Assembly: GCA_040143965.1 (NCBI GenBank)
Contig: JASJQH010006940.1
Location: forward strand, 1-35,382
Source of the DNA: Basidiobolus ranarum
Lineage: Eukaryota
Direction: 5' to 3'
DNA: 35,382 nt
The position numbers and the translations under genes were made by a program. Of this stretch, positions 1-11,500 are shown one piece after another. How positions within the stretch are numbered: the stretch's first letter is position 1; each line of letters opens with the position of its first letter. The notes beneath the pieces were generated by a model. That model did no database searches, was not told the origin of the DNA, and worked only from the letters and a program-made list of their open reading frames with translations.

Positions 1-1097
1 TATTCTTAAGAGTATATGGTGACTTATATAGTAGAAAAGTAAATCAATTGTTTGAGATATTCAGAAGTTTGTGTAATAAGATATAATAGATAAGTGGGGG
101 TAATAAGACATTCTTATTATATAGATATAGAGATATTCCTATTCAGAATATAGGGGCTATAGATACATTGCTTTCTGTATCTGATATATGTATCATAACT
201 AAAGTTAACTATGATGTTGAATAAAGATTAATTATCCAACAACTTTGCATTATAACATTGAAATCTCACGATTTTACTCCATGCAAGAATATGACCACTA
301 CACAGAATGATATGCCCTTTTTCTGTTGAATTATTTTGGGAGTCTGTTGGTAATGGTTTGGAGAAATATAGATATTGATGGTTTTCACCAAATGATTCAT
401 TGTGTTGAAAGTTTACATTTATAGTTTTTATTTTTATGAAAGAAAATTATCCTGTAGGGTGTGGTGAGGAAGGTCCTAGGAGCATGTTTACAAGGTATGG
501 GGCTTCTAGCACAATTTGAAAAATCTATATTTCTGAGAACTTCTAAGTTGGTAGTAATATTCTAGGTAAATTCCAATTGAGAATATTGAGTGATATCTCA
601 GCAACGACTCACTGTAATTGAGGTTATACCCTAAGCCTAAGCATATCAACATGAAAATCGGAAATCAGAAATCGAAAATCCGATATCACAAATCAGCAAT
701 TAAATGAATCATCTGAAGAACCCAATCGCGGGTAGCGGCAAAGCATGAGAGAACCAATTAAAGTACGAGTGGGGTGGGGGCTAATTATTTCAACTATATT
801 AAGATGCACTCATTTAAGCCTAACTAATATAAGCATTTGAAAGTGGACAATACATTTCAGGTGACAATATATTTGAGATGGTGAATCAACTGGAATCAGC
901 TGAAATCATTTCATGGTAAATCTTCGTCTATCATCCATATTGCCAAGTAATTTAGTGCAAAACTTATCCTCTTTCACCAACATAACCACAAACAGTTGAA
1001 CCACTACCAGTTGTGGTTTCTGTAATAATATATTCGTTAGGGATCCTTTAAGACATTTTCTCCTTTCAACTTCCGAATTGACTTAGAACTCTTGGAG

Positions 1098-2494
1098 ATG
1101 GATTTTGATTCAAACAAACCTCTATACACATCCGCACCCCATAATGAGCACATTAGTCCAACCGCTAACAATGTAGAGTCCATGTCTCTTACGGGAGACA
1201 CACACGGAAACTCTAAAGCAGTGGAGCCTCCTAAACCTAAGCAAAATGTTAGATTCAAGCGTAACTTGCCAGGTTATCGTTTCGAGGATTCAATAAGAGA
1301 GTATTGCCCTTCCAAACTTCAAAGCAAAGAGAATTTGAAGAAAACGAAAGAATCTTATACAGTAAATGGAGTAAATATGCTCAATAAATCAGATATGGAT
1401 AGTTCAACCGCTTTAAATCGCATAAAGAAGAAACGTGAGCAGCACAATCGCGTAGAACGTCGCCGTCGAGATATGATTAACAGCGCAATCGAAGAAATTG
1501 CTGAAATAGTACCTAAAGTAGAGGATAAAGAAAAATCGGCCAGGGGAGATGTCCTTCGGTTAACAATTGATTATATTCGTGAACTTCAATCAGAGTTGGA
1601 AAGTCTGAAGATCGAGAATGAAGTATTGAAACAAAACGATGGCTCCATGGCGCAGTATCCTCGTTTGGATCCAGCTAAACGCCCACCAACCATTGTTATA
1701 GAGAGGCCTCATGTTAATAATGATCACCATAATCCTTGGACCACCCAATTCAACTCTGTTGAGAACTCACCTACGTATTCAGAGGTGTCATCTAATAATT
1801 TTGGAAGTAATTGCAGCAGTCCTATTTATGGCAACGTACCCCTCCTATCCCCGGCCAGCCACTCGACCAATTCACCACTCTTATCCCCAGTTAGTCACTC
1901 AACCAACTCGCCTACACTTTCTCCTGTTAGCCCCATTGACAATCTGGCGAATCCATGGCGTAGAAATAGTGCTGGTGCTCAACTAATGCCTATTTCAGGT
2001 ATTGTAAGTTTCATTCTTGTAATAGCGATAGATAACTCATCTCTTACTATACACTAGGTCATTCCCATTCGCATTCGCATTCGCAGTCCTATGAGCAAAA
2101 TATACTCTCGCGTTCGCTTCCTGACCACCCGTCACCTGCTGGCTCTTTTCAGTATAGTCGCCCTTCTACTGAAGCTGACAGGTTTCATCATGTACCAGTA
2201 CCAGTGTATCAGGATAATAGGCTATCTCCATCTATGGTTACCTATCATCGACGACATTCCGCATCTTCGGCATCTTCACATTCTGTCTCACCAGCTCCAA
2301 TGGAGATTTCTACCGCACATCCAAGCAAGCCACTCCCTCCTGACCATTTCACCTTCATATCACACCCTTCAACCGTGAATCCAGAAGTTGGAGCATCTCA
2401 TGGGCCTACGTTTCGCGCTCAGATGTCACCAGCACATGCCACCGATACAAATCACACAATAGAACCAACTGTTCCATGGCCTTATCAGCAGTAA
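1098..2494 (+). CDS. bHLH(-ZIP) transcription factor, Cbf1/USF/Pho4-like E-box binder; exons ~1098-1998 and 2058-2494
   Basis: Basic region KREQHNRVERRRRDMINSAIEEIAEIVP...RGDVLRLTIDYIRELQSELESLKIENEVLK (H-E-R DNA-contact triad, zipper-like tail). Intron 1999-2057 (G|GTATTG...CTAG) joins it in frame to the S/P/H-rich ORF ending at 2494. First in-frame ATG is at 1098; the start may lie further upstream. Confidence 0.85.
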
Positions 2495-2784
2495 TTATAT
2501 GAATTGTCTGGAAGGCATCAGTTCTATTGTAGCACTCCAAATAGCACCCGAAATGATTCTTGCCAACCCTCCCTTACCCATCAGAATGTAATATGTATAG
2601 AATCACGTGTCGCTTAGTAAGCTCTGCTACATCTTTTGGGAAGTAAGCCTATGTATGTTCTCAAATGACGGTTTTTTTGGAATTTTTATTATATCATCTT
2701 TAGTAATAATTATATTGAATCCACTATTTGGCTTGAGTTTATTCAGTACAGTAGTCATCAAGTACTTATCAATAATATATGTCT

Positions 2785-3108
2785 TTAACCTCCACTCACA
2801 GGTGGTATAAGAGCAACTTCATCTCCTCCCTTTAAAGCCACTTCAGAGTTACGCTCCACGTACTCCATGTTAACAGCAAACATAGTATTGCCGGCGAAGA
2901 TTTTTTCCAGTTCAGGATATTTTTCAATCAACCATGTAAGTAGAGAGGGAATGGTTGGACTAGGTAGCTCGGTTAAGACAAGTGTCTCCTCAGGAACTTT
3001 AGTGGCATCTTGAGCGCTGGCGAAATAAAGCAGCTTTATCTTCTATAATTAGTGAGTAAGTACTACATCCACATGAACTCAATACAAAATAACTCGTACC
3101 TCAGACAT
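2785..3108 (-). CDS. MOCS2A: Molybdopterin synthase sulfur-carrier (small) subunit, MoaD/ThiS family; exons 3108-3100 and 3042-2785
   Basis: Manual translation MSE|KIKLLYFASAQDATKVPEE...MFAVNMEYVERNSEVALKGGDEVALIPPVSGG*: N-terminal LYFA motif, AVN.EY and C-terminal PPVSGG. GT-AG intron 3099-3043. Confidence 0.93.
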
Positions 3109-3491
3109 ATTGTATTGTGTAATCCTTGGGAGAATAACGACTCTACACACGTGTAGACTTTATGTGGGATATTTTTTTGTCTCCACTCGGGATCAAGTAT
3201 ACACAAACTTACCACAACACTGATTATCCACATTGAGTCACACCATGATATAGTTTATTCCGGTCTGGTGATAGATTTCTATGTAACCTTCTCAAATATT
3301 ATGGAATAAACTCTTCCTGAATAGGAGTTTTCAGATGAGTAAATTTATTTCTTGCACGTCATAGATTTATTCAGATCAATGGTTCATTTTCTCAACACTG
3401 GAAATTTGAACACGCCAAAAAATAATTATCCCAAACCAATTCGTTAGCAACTTGTTCTATCAGCGGCTTAACTAGACCCTATCTTTTCAAA

Positions 3492-5866
3492 ATGAGTTCA
3501 ACCCCGTTGAAAACGTTAGTTTATTATTAGTGACTAATATAAGATTTTCCTTCATGAACTAATCCCCTCTAATATTTCTCTCGATAGAATCGTGGTCGGT
3601 TCGGTACACGGACAAATTAAACAGTTATTTAGCAAAATCGAGCTTATTAATAAGAAGAATGGCCCCTTCGATGTATTATTGTGTGGTGGGGACTTTTTCG
3701 GTAGTCATTTAGAAGATCTAGAAGATTTAGTGGAAAATAGAATTAATGGTAAGAAAAATTTCCTCTCGATACAAAATATGAACTCCAACTAAAGCGTGCT
3801 GAATTTGATATAAAGTACCGGTGACCACTTATTTTATCTCTGGTTCGAACGCTATTCCGGAGATAATACAAAATAAAATAGACCAAAACCACGGTGAAGT
3901 GTGTTCCAACTTGTTTTACCTAGGTGAGTGATTCTACTTGGATTCGAGCGACTGCAACATCCTATCTAATAATTGTATGCCTACTTGTAGGAAAGGGAGG
4001 AATCTTGAAGACTTCACAGGGTTTAAGCATTGCATATCTTAGCGGTACATATGCTCAATCATCGGATGACTCTGACTCAGTAAGATATTGCATCTATGTT
4101 CTTCTAAATAACTTACTACAAGAGCTAACACCAAATTTGGCGAAAAGAATGATGTCGCACTTCCCTCATATCAATACAATGATACTGATGTAGAGAATAT
4201 GCTGAAGACGACACAACAAGATGGCTTCGATGGAGTAGACATTTTACTCACACACGAATGGCCAGAAAATTTAATGCAATTCTCAAGCTTAACCCCTAGT
4301 CAGAGTATTTCTTCCGGATCTTCTAATATTGCCAAAGTTGCCTCTGCTCTAAAGCCTAGATATCATTTTGCAACACTGGAGAAGGTTTTCTTCGAAAGAG
4401 AACCATATAAAAATGAACTTCTTACTAAGGATGGTTCGCTTTCACAAAGAGTCACTCGTTTCATCGGGTTAGGCGAGATGGGAAACACATTAAAAACACG
4501 GGTAACCAATCTATCAGTATTCTCACCACTTTCTTGATATCTGTAGTAATGAATTTGCCTGTATTAGTGGTTTTATGCTATGAACGTTGTACCCACATTG
4601 CATCTTACGTTTGATGTGTTGACTACAGTGCCACCCAATTCGACCGATTGCCCTTTTTCGAAACATCCTTCTCAAGGCAAAAAAAGAAACCTTACTAATA
4701 TGAGCCAGGTAAATAGAAGCCATTTTTCTCTTGATTGATTGGTTGCTGACAGTGGAAATACAGTCAGGTAATTACTTCTGGGATAATAGCGCGGAGCCCA
4801 GTAACAAACATGCTCGTACGCTTCCACCTAATTACGTATGTAATAAGTGTAAGCAACCGGGGCACCATATTCGTGACTGTCCAACCCATGCTGAGAGTGC
4901 TTCACAAGGCCCTCCCGATGACTATGTATGTAAGATTTGCCAAGTACCTGGACATTGGATTCGTGATTGCCCCAAGAAAGCTGAGGAAGAAAGTGGCAGA
5001 AAAGGCGGTGAGAAAGGTGAGACCAAGATTGATTTTCGCCACCAAAAGAATCGCCATTAACAGCCTATGTTATTGACTAGATCCTTGTTGGTTCTGCTTA
5101 TCGAATCCCAAAATTGCCAAGCATTTGATTGTCAGCATTGGATCAGAACTCTATGTGACTCTTGCCAAAGGAGGATTAGTAGATGCGAATGATGAAAATG
5201 ATGGCCACGTCCCAGGTGGTGGCCACGCCTTGCTAATCCCCATTGGACATTATGCCTCCTTCAATCGAATCAATCCCGAAGCATATGACAATATCATGTC
5301 TGAACTTGAAAAATACAAGAAAGCTCTTAAGGATCTTTATGAAAAATATGGCTGCGAGATGCTCACATTTGAGATTGCTAGGGAAGGTCGTTTCAATCAT
5401 GCTCACGTCCAGGTAACTATGTCAGGATCTTCAATAATATGGTTCCGAGACACTAATCATGCGCTTACTAGGTTGTCCCTATTCCCAAGCATCTCGTGGA
5501 CAACATCGAAAACGCGTTCATTCAAGAGGCAGATAATATGGGCATGATGCTCACCGACCATGTTCCGGTAAATTTATCATCCATATTGTGCATTACTTTG
5601 CCTTGGTTTAATTGGAAATCCGATATTTCTAGGATTACCCAAATGCCCAATACTTTAAAGTAGAGCTTCCAAATGGCAAAATATTGGCTCATGAAATCGA
5701 ACCTAAAGCCAGATTCAATTTACAATTCGGCCGTATAGTGCTCTCCAAATTGCTGGGCTTCCCTGAACGCGAAGACTGGAAAACTTGTGCGAAAGACGAG
5801 GAACGAGAGAAAGAAGACGCCCAAGAGTTCAAGGATGTCTTCAAAGAGTTTGATTTCACTTTGTAA
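3492..5866 (+). CDS. CWF19L1: CWF19-like protein 1 (Drn1/Mug161 family): pseudo-metallophosphoesterase, 2 CCHC knuckles and CwfJ C-terminal domains; about 10 exons
   Basis: Spliced motifs IVVGSVHG...KKNGPFDVLLCGGDFF, VDILLTHEWP, KPRYHFA..FFEREPY, TRFIGL, WFYAMNV, PCWFCLSNP...HLIVSIG, GGHALLIPIGH, HAHVQV, RFNLQFGR, WKTC...FKEFDFTL. Nine GT-AG introns keep the frame. Confidence 0.92.
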
Positions 5867-6211
5867 GGTTGTCGGACTCGTAAAACGAATATTCCCCAAA
5901 AATACTGATTCATAACATTCCTCTTCTCTCCTCCTTTCCCTCTCTCGTACACACACAATTAGCTTGTATAGTTAGATGAATAGAGTCAATATATGCTCAT
6001 CTTATCAATCAATATACAAACACTGGCTAAAAAGTGTCTTAAATTAGTTGTGGTGCATTCTTAGACAATCAGAGGTAGCAGCAATAATAATTGATTAACT
6101 CTACTCCTGAGATAACTTAATTTTTGATTAGTATTTTAATGGAATAACCATCATTTATACTCGAATAAACCTCTTCGTCAGTTGTAAGCTCCTTTCACAT
6201 CGAAAACTATC

Positions 6212-8101
6212 ATGGACAACCCCTTAAGCAACAGCTTAGAACAACTCTCACTTGGTGAAAATCCCTCCGAAGAACGGATTACAAAACTCAAAGCTTTATT
6301 GCAGAATTTAAATACACCTGAAGCAGCCAAAGAAATCGTTGATTCCAAAGAATTTCACACTATTCTTCTCAGCACTATTGACGATGACTTTATAACCGAG
6401 AAAGCTCTTTGCCTGATGATCTTCACTAAAGTTTACGAACTTCATTCGGATAAAGAACAGGTCCAAAAGATAGTTAAAAATATCTTAGATGGTTGGTTGG
6501 ATTCTACCAAGTCAGAGGAAAAAATCAAAGCTTATCGGTTGCTGTCGGTGAATTTTCAAGTTAACGCAGAGTTGGGTAGCTTTGTGTTTAACCAAGAAGG
6601 ATTTCTCTCCGAAACTATGGATTTGTGTGAGTTTGATACAGAGAAAGTCCAAGAAGCTTTGGTTGAGATGCTCTCATACGCTTGTACAGATAAAACCTCC
6701 CGCAATAATATTGCCATTAATTGCACCGAGTTCTTGAAGCAACTTCTTATCTCTAGTGTAAGCCAAAGATTGAAATCATACAGCGCTGTAGTCTTATCGA
6801 AGCTTTTATTTGTCGATAAAAAATTGGCCTCTACTCTACTCAAGGATAGCAAGCTTCTGAAGCTATTTATTACTATAGTTCTGGATCCAAATATGGATGT
6901 CGTCTTGAAGATTAATGCCATTGAAGGACTTTCCTATCTGACTTTGCAAAAAGCACAGTACAAACAAGAAATCGCCGAAAATGCTGAATTGCTAAAAACT
7001 CTTGGGGCTATGGCAAAAAAAGAAACCAACACTACTGTACAGTATGGTGTGGCCGTAATCTTTACCAACCTTACCAATTATAAGGCTCGACTTTCTGAAG
7101 AGCAAAAGCAAATGATGAAACTTAAAAAGCTAGCCAAAGATAATGATAAACAAGAACCTTCTCCTGAAGATGAAGACGAGTACGTGGAGAAAAGAATCCG
7201 ACAGGTGGTGAAGTCAGATGGTATCTCGACATTGGTAACGATTGCCAAAAACTCCAGCCCAAATATACATCAGTTGGTAGCTCAAGTATTTCTAAATATT
7301 GCCACAAACCCTGAAAATCGCGGTTTGATTGTCCAAGGAGGCGGTGTAAGGATTCTGATAGCCATTGGAAATTCCAACGAAAAGTCAGCTAGTGCAATTG
7401 CTTCCCAGGCGCTAGCAAAGATTGCCATTACAATGGACCCAACCGTAGCGTTCCGAGACAACCAGATATATGAGCTCGTTCGATTGTTCATCCGCTTATG
7501 TAAAGGGGAAAGTCTACTTGGTCAATTTGAAGCGCTCTTGGCACTTACGAATATCACTAGTATTAGCGAAGAAGTCCGTGAAAGAGTAGTCAAGGCCAAT
7601 GGAGTTGAGGAATTCGAGAACCTTATGTTTTCTGACCATGAGATGGTTCGTAGAGCAGCAACCGAGACTATGTGCAATATGATGATGTGTCAATCTGTAT
7701 ATGAAACCTATTGCTCAGAAGGTAGCGACAACAAGAGAAAAATACTGCTCGCTCTGTCAGACGTCGAGGATTTCCCCACACGGCGAGCCGCTAGCGGTGC
7801 AATCGCTATTCTATCGAATGCAGAGGACGTATGTCGCTGGTTAGCTAACGATCCACGTGCATTTGAGATTTTGTCGGATTTAATCAAACCAGATGAATCT
7901 GCGGAGCTTCAGCACCGTGGGGTAGAGTGCTTGAAGAATATCGCAAAAACTGATAAGGAATCGGCAGCGAAGCTTGTTGGAGCAAATGTAGATGTAGTAG
8001 ATAGATTGAAAAGCTTGATCAAATCCTCTAAAATTCAGCCCATTGTGCTGTCCGCTGTAGAGACACTAAAAGCTATCGCTACTTACGGCTTTGCTGTGTA
8101 G
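6212..8101 (+). CDS. SHE4: UCS-domain myosin chaperone (She4/Rng3/CRO1/UNC-45 family), intronless, no N-terminal TPR domain
   Basis: 629-aa ORF with AIEGLSYLT, NRGLIVQGGGVRILI, ASQALAKIAITMDP..AF, LGQFEALLALTN, VRRAATETMCN, TRRAASGAIA and LQHRG motifs typical of the UCS domain. Confidence 0.9.
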   Translation: MDNPLSNSLEQLSLGENPSEERITKLKALLQNLNTPEAAKEIVDSKEFHTILLSTIDDDFITEKALCLMIFTKVYELHSDKEQVQKIVKNILDGWLDSTKSEEKIKAYRLLSVNFQVNAELGSFVFNQEGFLSETMDLCEFDTEKVQEALVEMLSYACTDKTSRNNIAINCTEFLKQLLISSVSQRLKSYSAVVLSKLLFVDKKLASTLLKDSKLLKLFITIVLDPNMDVVLKINAIEGLSYLTLQKAQYKQEIAENAELLKTLGAMAKKETNTTVQYGVAVIFTNLTNYKARLSEEQKQMMKLKKLAKDNDKQEPSPEDEDEYVEKRIRQVVKSDGISTLVTIAKNSSPNIHQLVAQVFLNIATNPENRGLIVQGGGVRILIAIGNSNEKSASAIASQALAKIAITMDPTVAFRDNQIYELVRLFIRLCKGESLLGQFEALLALTNITSISEEVRERVVKANGVEEFENLMFSDHEMVRRAATETMCNMMMCQSVYETYCSEGSDNKRKILLALSDVEDFPTRRAASGAIAILSNAEDVCRWLANDPRAFEILSDLIKPDESAELQHRGVECLKNIAKTDKESAAKLVGANVDVVDRLKSLIKSSKIQPIVLSAVETLKAIATYGFAV

Positions 8102-8531
8102 AGAATCCATCCATTTATTTAATCCAAATTTAATGCTAAGAAATAAACCAAATCCGAGCTCGTCATCATAATAACGCGAAATTCTAGCTAGTCTGTACTC
8201 CAATATTGCGGTGAATTTCAGTGATGTAATTCAGCATTCATCCATAAAATTATTGGGAATTTTTAGATTTCAACATAGTATAAATCACCACAAACCAAAT
8301 AAATTGATGGGTAAAAAGATTTTGCTGAATCCAAATTAGAAAATCTATCCTCATCCCCCTTTTTTTAAAGTAATTTCTTTCCTGATGACATAAATTCGTG
8401 ATACATTCGTTAGGAATTAATTTTCGTCGCTTCTTTCCTACATTGAATAGTCTTTTTTTTTACGTGGAGCTTAATAGATTGAAATTTTAAATACTCCTTT
8501 TTAATCTAATACAGCCGCGAGACTTTATAAA

Positions 8532-11500
8532 ATGGCGGATCAGATCGCTAAGGCGTCTCAGTATCAATATACTCAAAATTCTAATCTTGTCCTTCAGGCG
8601 GACAGATCTGCCCTACCTAGAAGAGATCAAGAGCCTTCCGGTGAGCCAGAGACGTTACATGGTAAAATAAACCCAAAGGAATTCGGTAGTCGCGCCGTTC
8701 GAGACACGGTTAAGTTTACAGACGAGAAGAAGAAGAAGGCTGAGGAAGAACACGTTAAGATAGAGAAGAAAAAGAAACGAAAGGAAGAGAGGTTTGTATA
8801 TTTTCTATTTTATGATTTATTTGGTGTACACCCTTCTAATCTAGTATATTTATTCTCGAAAATTATCTAGCTCTTTACGAAGCGCATACGGCTATAATAA
8901 TGTTCTTTCTGCTACAGACGATTTCGAAGGTCTTGGATATAGACCTCGTACAAGGGAAACAAGATCAGTATACGAACTGATCTTGGCCTTCGTTAGTCAA
9001 AATCTTGGAGACCAACCACACGATGTGATTCGAAGTGCTGCCGATAGTGTATTAGAGATTCTTAAATCTGAAAATATGAAGGATTTCGATAAAAAATCGG
9101 AGATTGAATACATCATCAACTCGATGACTTCTGAGCGATTTGCACAATTGATTAATCTTGGCAAAAAGATTACCGATTTCAACCCCGATGGAGAGGCAAA
9201 TAATACAGGGGAAGATGGTCGCCCTATAGAAACAATAGATGAGGAGCACGGTGTAGCTGTTGTATTCGACGAGGACGAAGAAGAGGAGGGTGATGAAAAT
9301 TTGTATGAGATTAAAGATGAATCTGATGAAGAGGAGGAAGAGCAAGAGGGAGACGTTTCCATTGGTCAAGAGGATATGCAACTCAGTGACGATGGTGATG
9401 AGGTAGTTGTTAGAGCTGACACGAATAAAAAGTTAACTTCGGAAGCTAACAGCGAGCAAATTCTAAATCCTCATGATATTGACGCTTTCTGGCTTCAACG
9501 TCTAGTTTCTACATACTATCCCGATCCTCAAACTTCGCAAGAAAAAACTGCCAGTGCTTTGCTAATCCTCTCATCTGAAACTATAAATACCAGGGACTGC
9601 GAAAACGAGTTGATGGGTCTCTTTGATTATGATCATTTTGAACTCGTTAAAACCATAACGAAAAACAGAGATTTGATTGTTTGGTGTACAAGACTAGCCA
9701 GAATTGGTACAGAAGCTCCGGAAAGGGCTAGCATAGAGCAAGAGATGAGATCCAAGGGCTTAGACTGGATTTTAAAAAGCTTGAGCGGTGAAAGAGTAAG
9801 ACGTAGTGCCACTCGTAAAGGAGTAGTTGAGGATGCGGATGCTATGGATGTTGATGAAGCAAAGCCAGACCTTGCTTCTAGAGCGCCAACCAAAGGCCCC
9901 ACTGGTCTGATACCTCGAGCTGCTCTCGATTTAGAGCTTATGACATTCTCACAAGGATCACACTTGATGTCAAATAAGCGTTGTAAATTGCCAGATGGTT
10001 CCTTTAAGCGCTCGAAGAAGGGCTATGAAGAGATCCATGTTCCTGCACCCAATGCCAAACCCCTTGGAGCTGATGAAAAATTAGTACCTATTTCCACCTT
10101 GCCCGAGTGGTCCCAAGTCGCTTTTCCCGGTGCCACATCCTTGAACAGAATTCAAAGTAAGCTATATCCTACAGCATTTGGTAACGATGAGAATATCCTA
10201 CTATGTGCTCCTACTGGTGCTGGTAAAACCAACGTAGCCATGTTGTGTATTTTGAGAGAACTTTCCAAGTTCCGTGACGAGTCTACTGGTATCATCGACA
10301 TTGATGCATTCAAAATCATTTACATTGCACCAATGAAGGCTTTAGTCCAAGAAATGGTTCTTAATTTCTCCAAGAGACTCGAGCCTTTTGGTATTAAGGT
10401 TTCTGAACTTACTGGTGATCGTCAGTTAACAAAACAACAAATCGCTGAGACTCAAATTATTGTAACCACACCGGAAAAATGGGATGTTATCACTCGTAAG
10501 GCTACTGATAGAAGCTACACCAACTTGGTCAGCTTAGTTATCATCGATGAGATCCATTTGTTACATGATGAACGTGGTCCTGTACTCGAGAGTATTATTG
10601 CACGTGCCATTCGTAACATGGAACAAACTCAAGATATGGTCCGTTTGATCGGTCTTAGTGCTACACTGCCTAATTACACCGATGTTGCTGCTTTCATGAG
10701 AGTCGATCCCAACAAAGGATTATTCTATTTTGACAGCTCTTACCGTCCTTGTCCATTGAAACAAGAATTCATTGGAGTCACAGAAAAGAAAGCTATTAAA
10801 CGTTTCCAGGTTATGAATGAAGTAACTTACGAGAAAGTCATGGATCAAGCTGGCAAAAATCAAGTTCTTATTTTTGTGCACTCTCGTAAGGAAACCGCAA
10901 AGACTGCCAAAGCTATTCGTGACATGTGCATCGATAAAGATACTATTGGACAATTTCTTCGCGAAGACTCGGCCAGTCGTGAAATTCTTCAAAGTGAAGC
11001 TGAGGGGGTTAAAGATGAAAATTTGAAAGACGTTTTGCCATATGGATTTGCCATTCATCATGCTGGTATGACTCGTGTTGATCGTACTTTAGTGGAAGAT
11101 CTCTTTAGTGGTGGCCATGTTCAAGTTCTTATATCTACAGCGACCTTAGCTTGGGGTGTCAACTTGCCCGCCCATACCGTCATTATCAAAGGAACTCAGA
11201 TATACTCACCTGAGAAGGGTCGTTGGGCCGAATTGAGTCCCCAAGACGTTCTGCAGATGTTGGGTCGTGCTGGTCGTCCTCAATTCGATACCTTCGGTGA
11301 GGGTATTATCATCACTACACATACTGAGCTTCAATATTACCTTTCTCTTCTTAATCAACAGTTGCCGATTGAAAGTCAGTTCGTAACTAAACTTGCCGAC
11401 AATTTGAACGCTGAAATTGTACTTGGTACAATTAGGAACCGTGATGATGCTGTCCAATGGCTTGGATATACTTACCTTTATGTAAGAATGCTGAGAAATG

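Noticed and set aside
1-600. AT-rich, CpG-poor stretch as a decayed transposon
   Set aside because: No ORF, terminal repeats or motifs recognisable; it cannot be supported without a genome search.
1098-1640. bHLH as an SREBP orthologue
   Set aside because: The basic region has ERRRR and lacks the diagnostic SREBP tyrosine.
4824-4973. Zinc knuckles as a retrotransposon Gag remnant
   Set aside because: Spliced in frame within CWF19L1, with no protease, RT, integrase or LTRs nearby.
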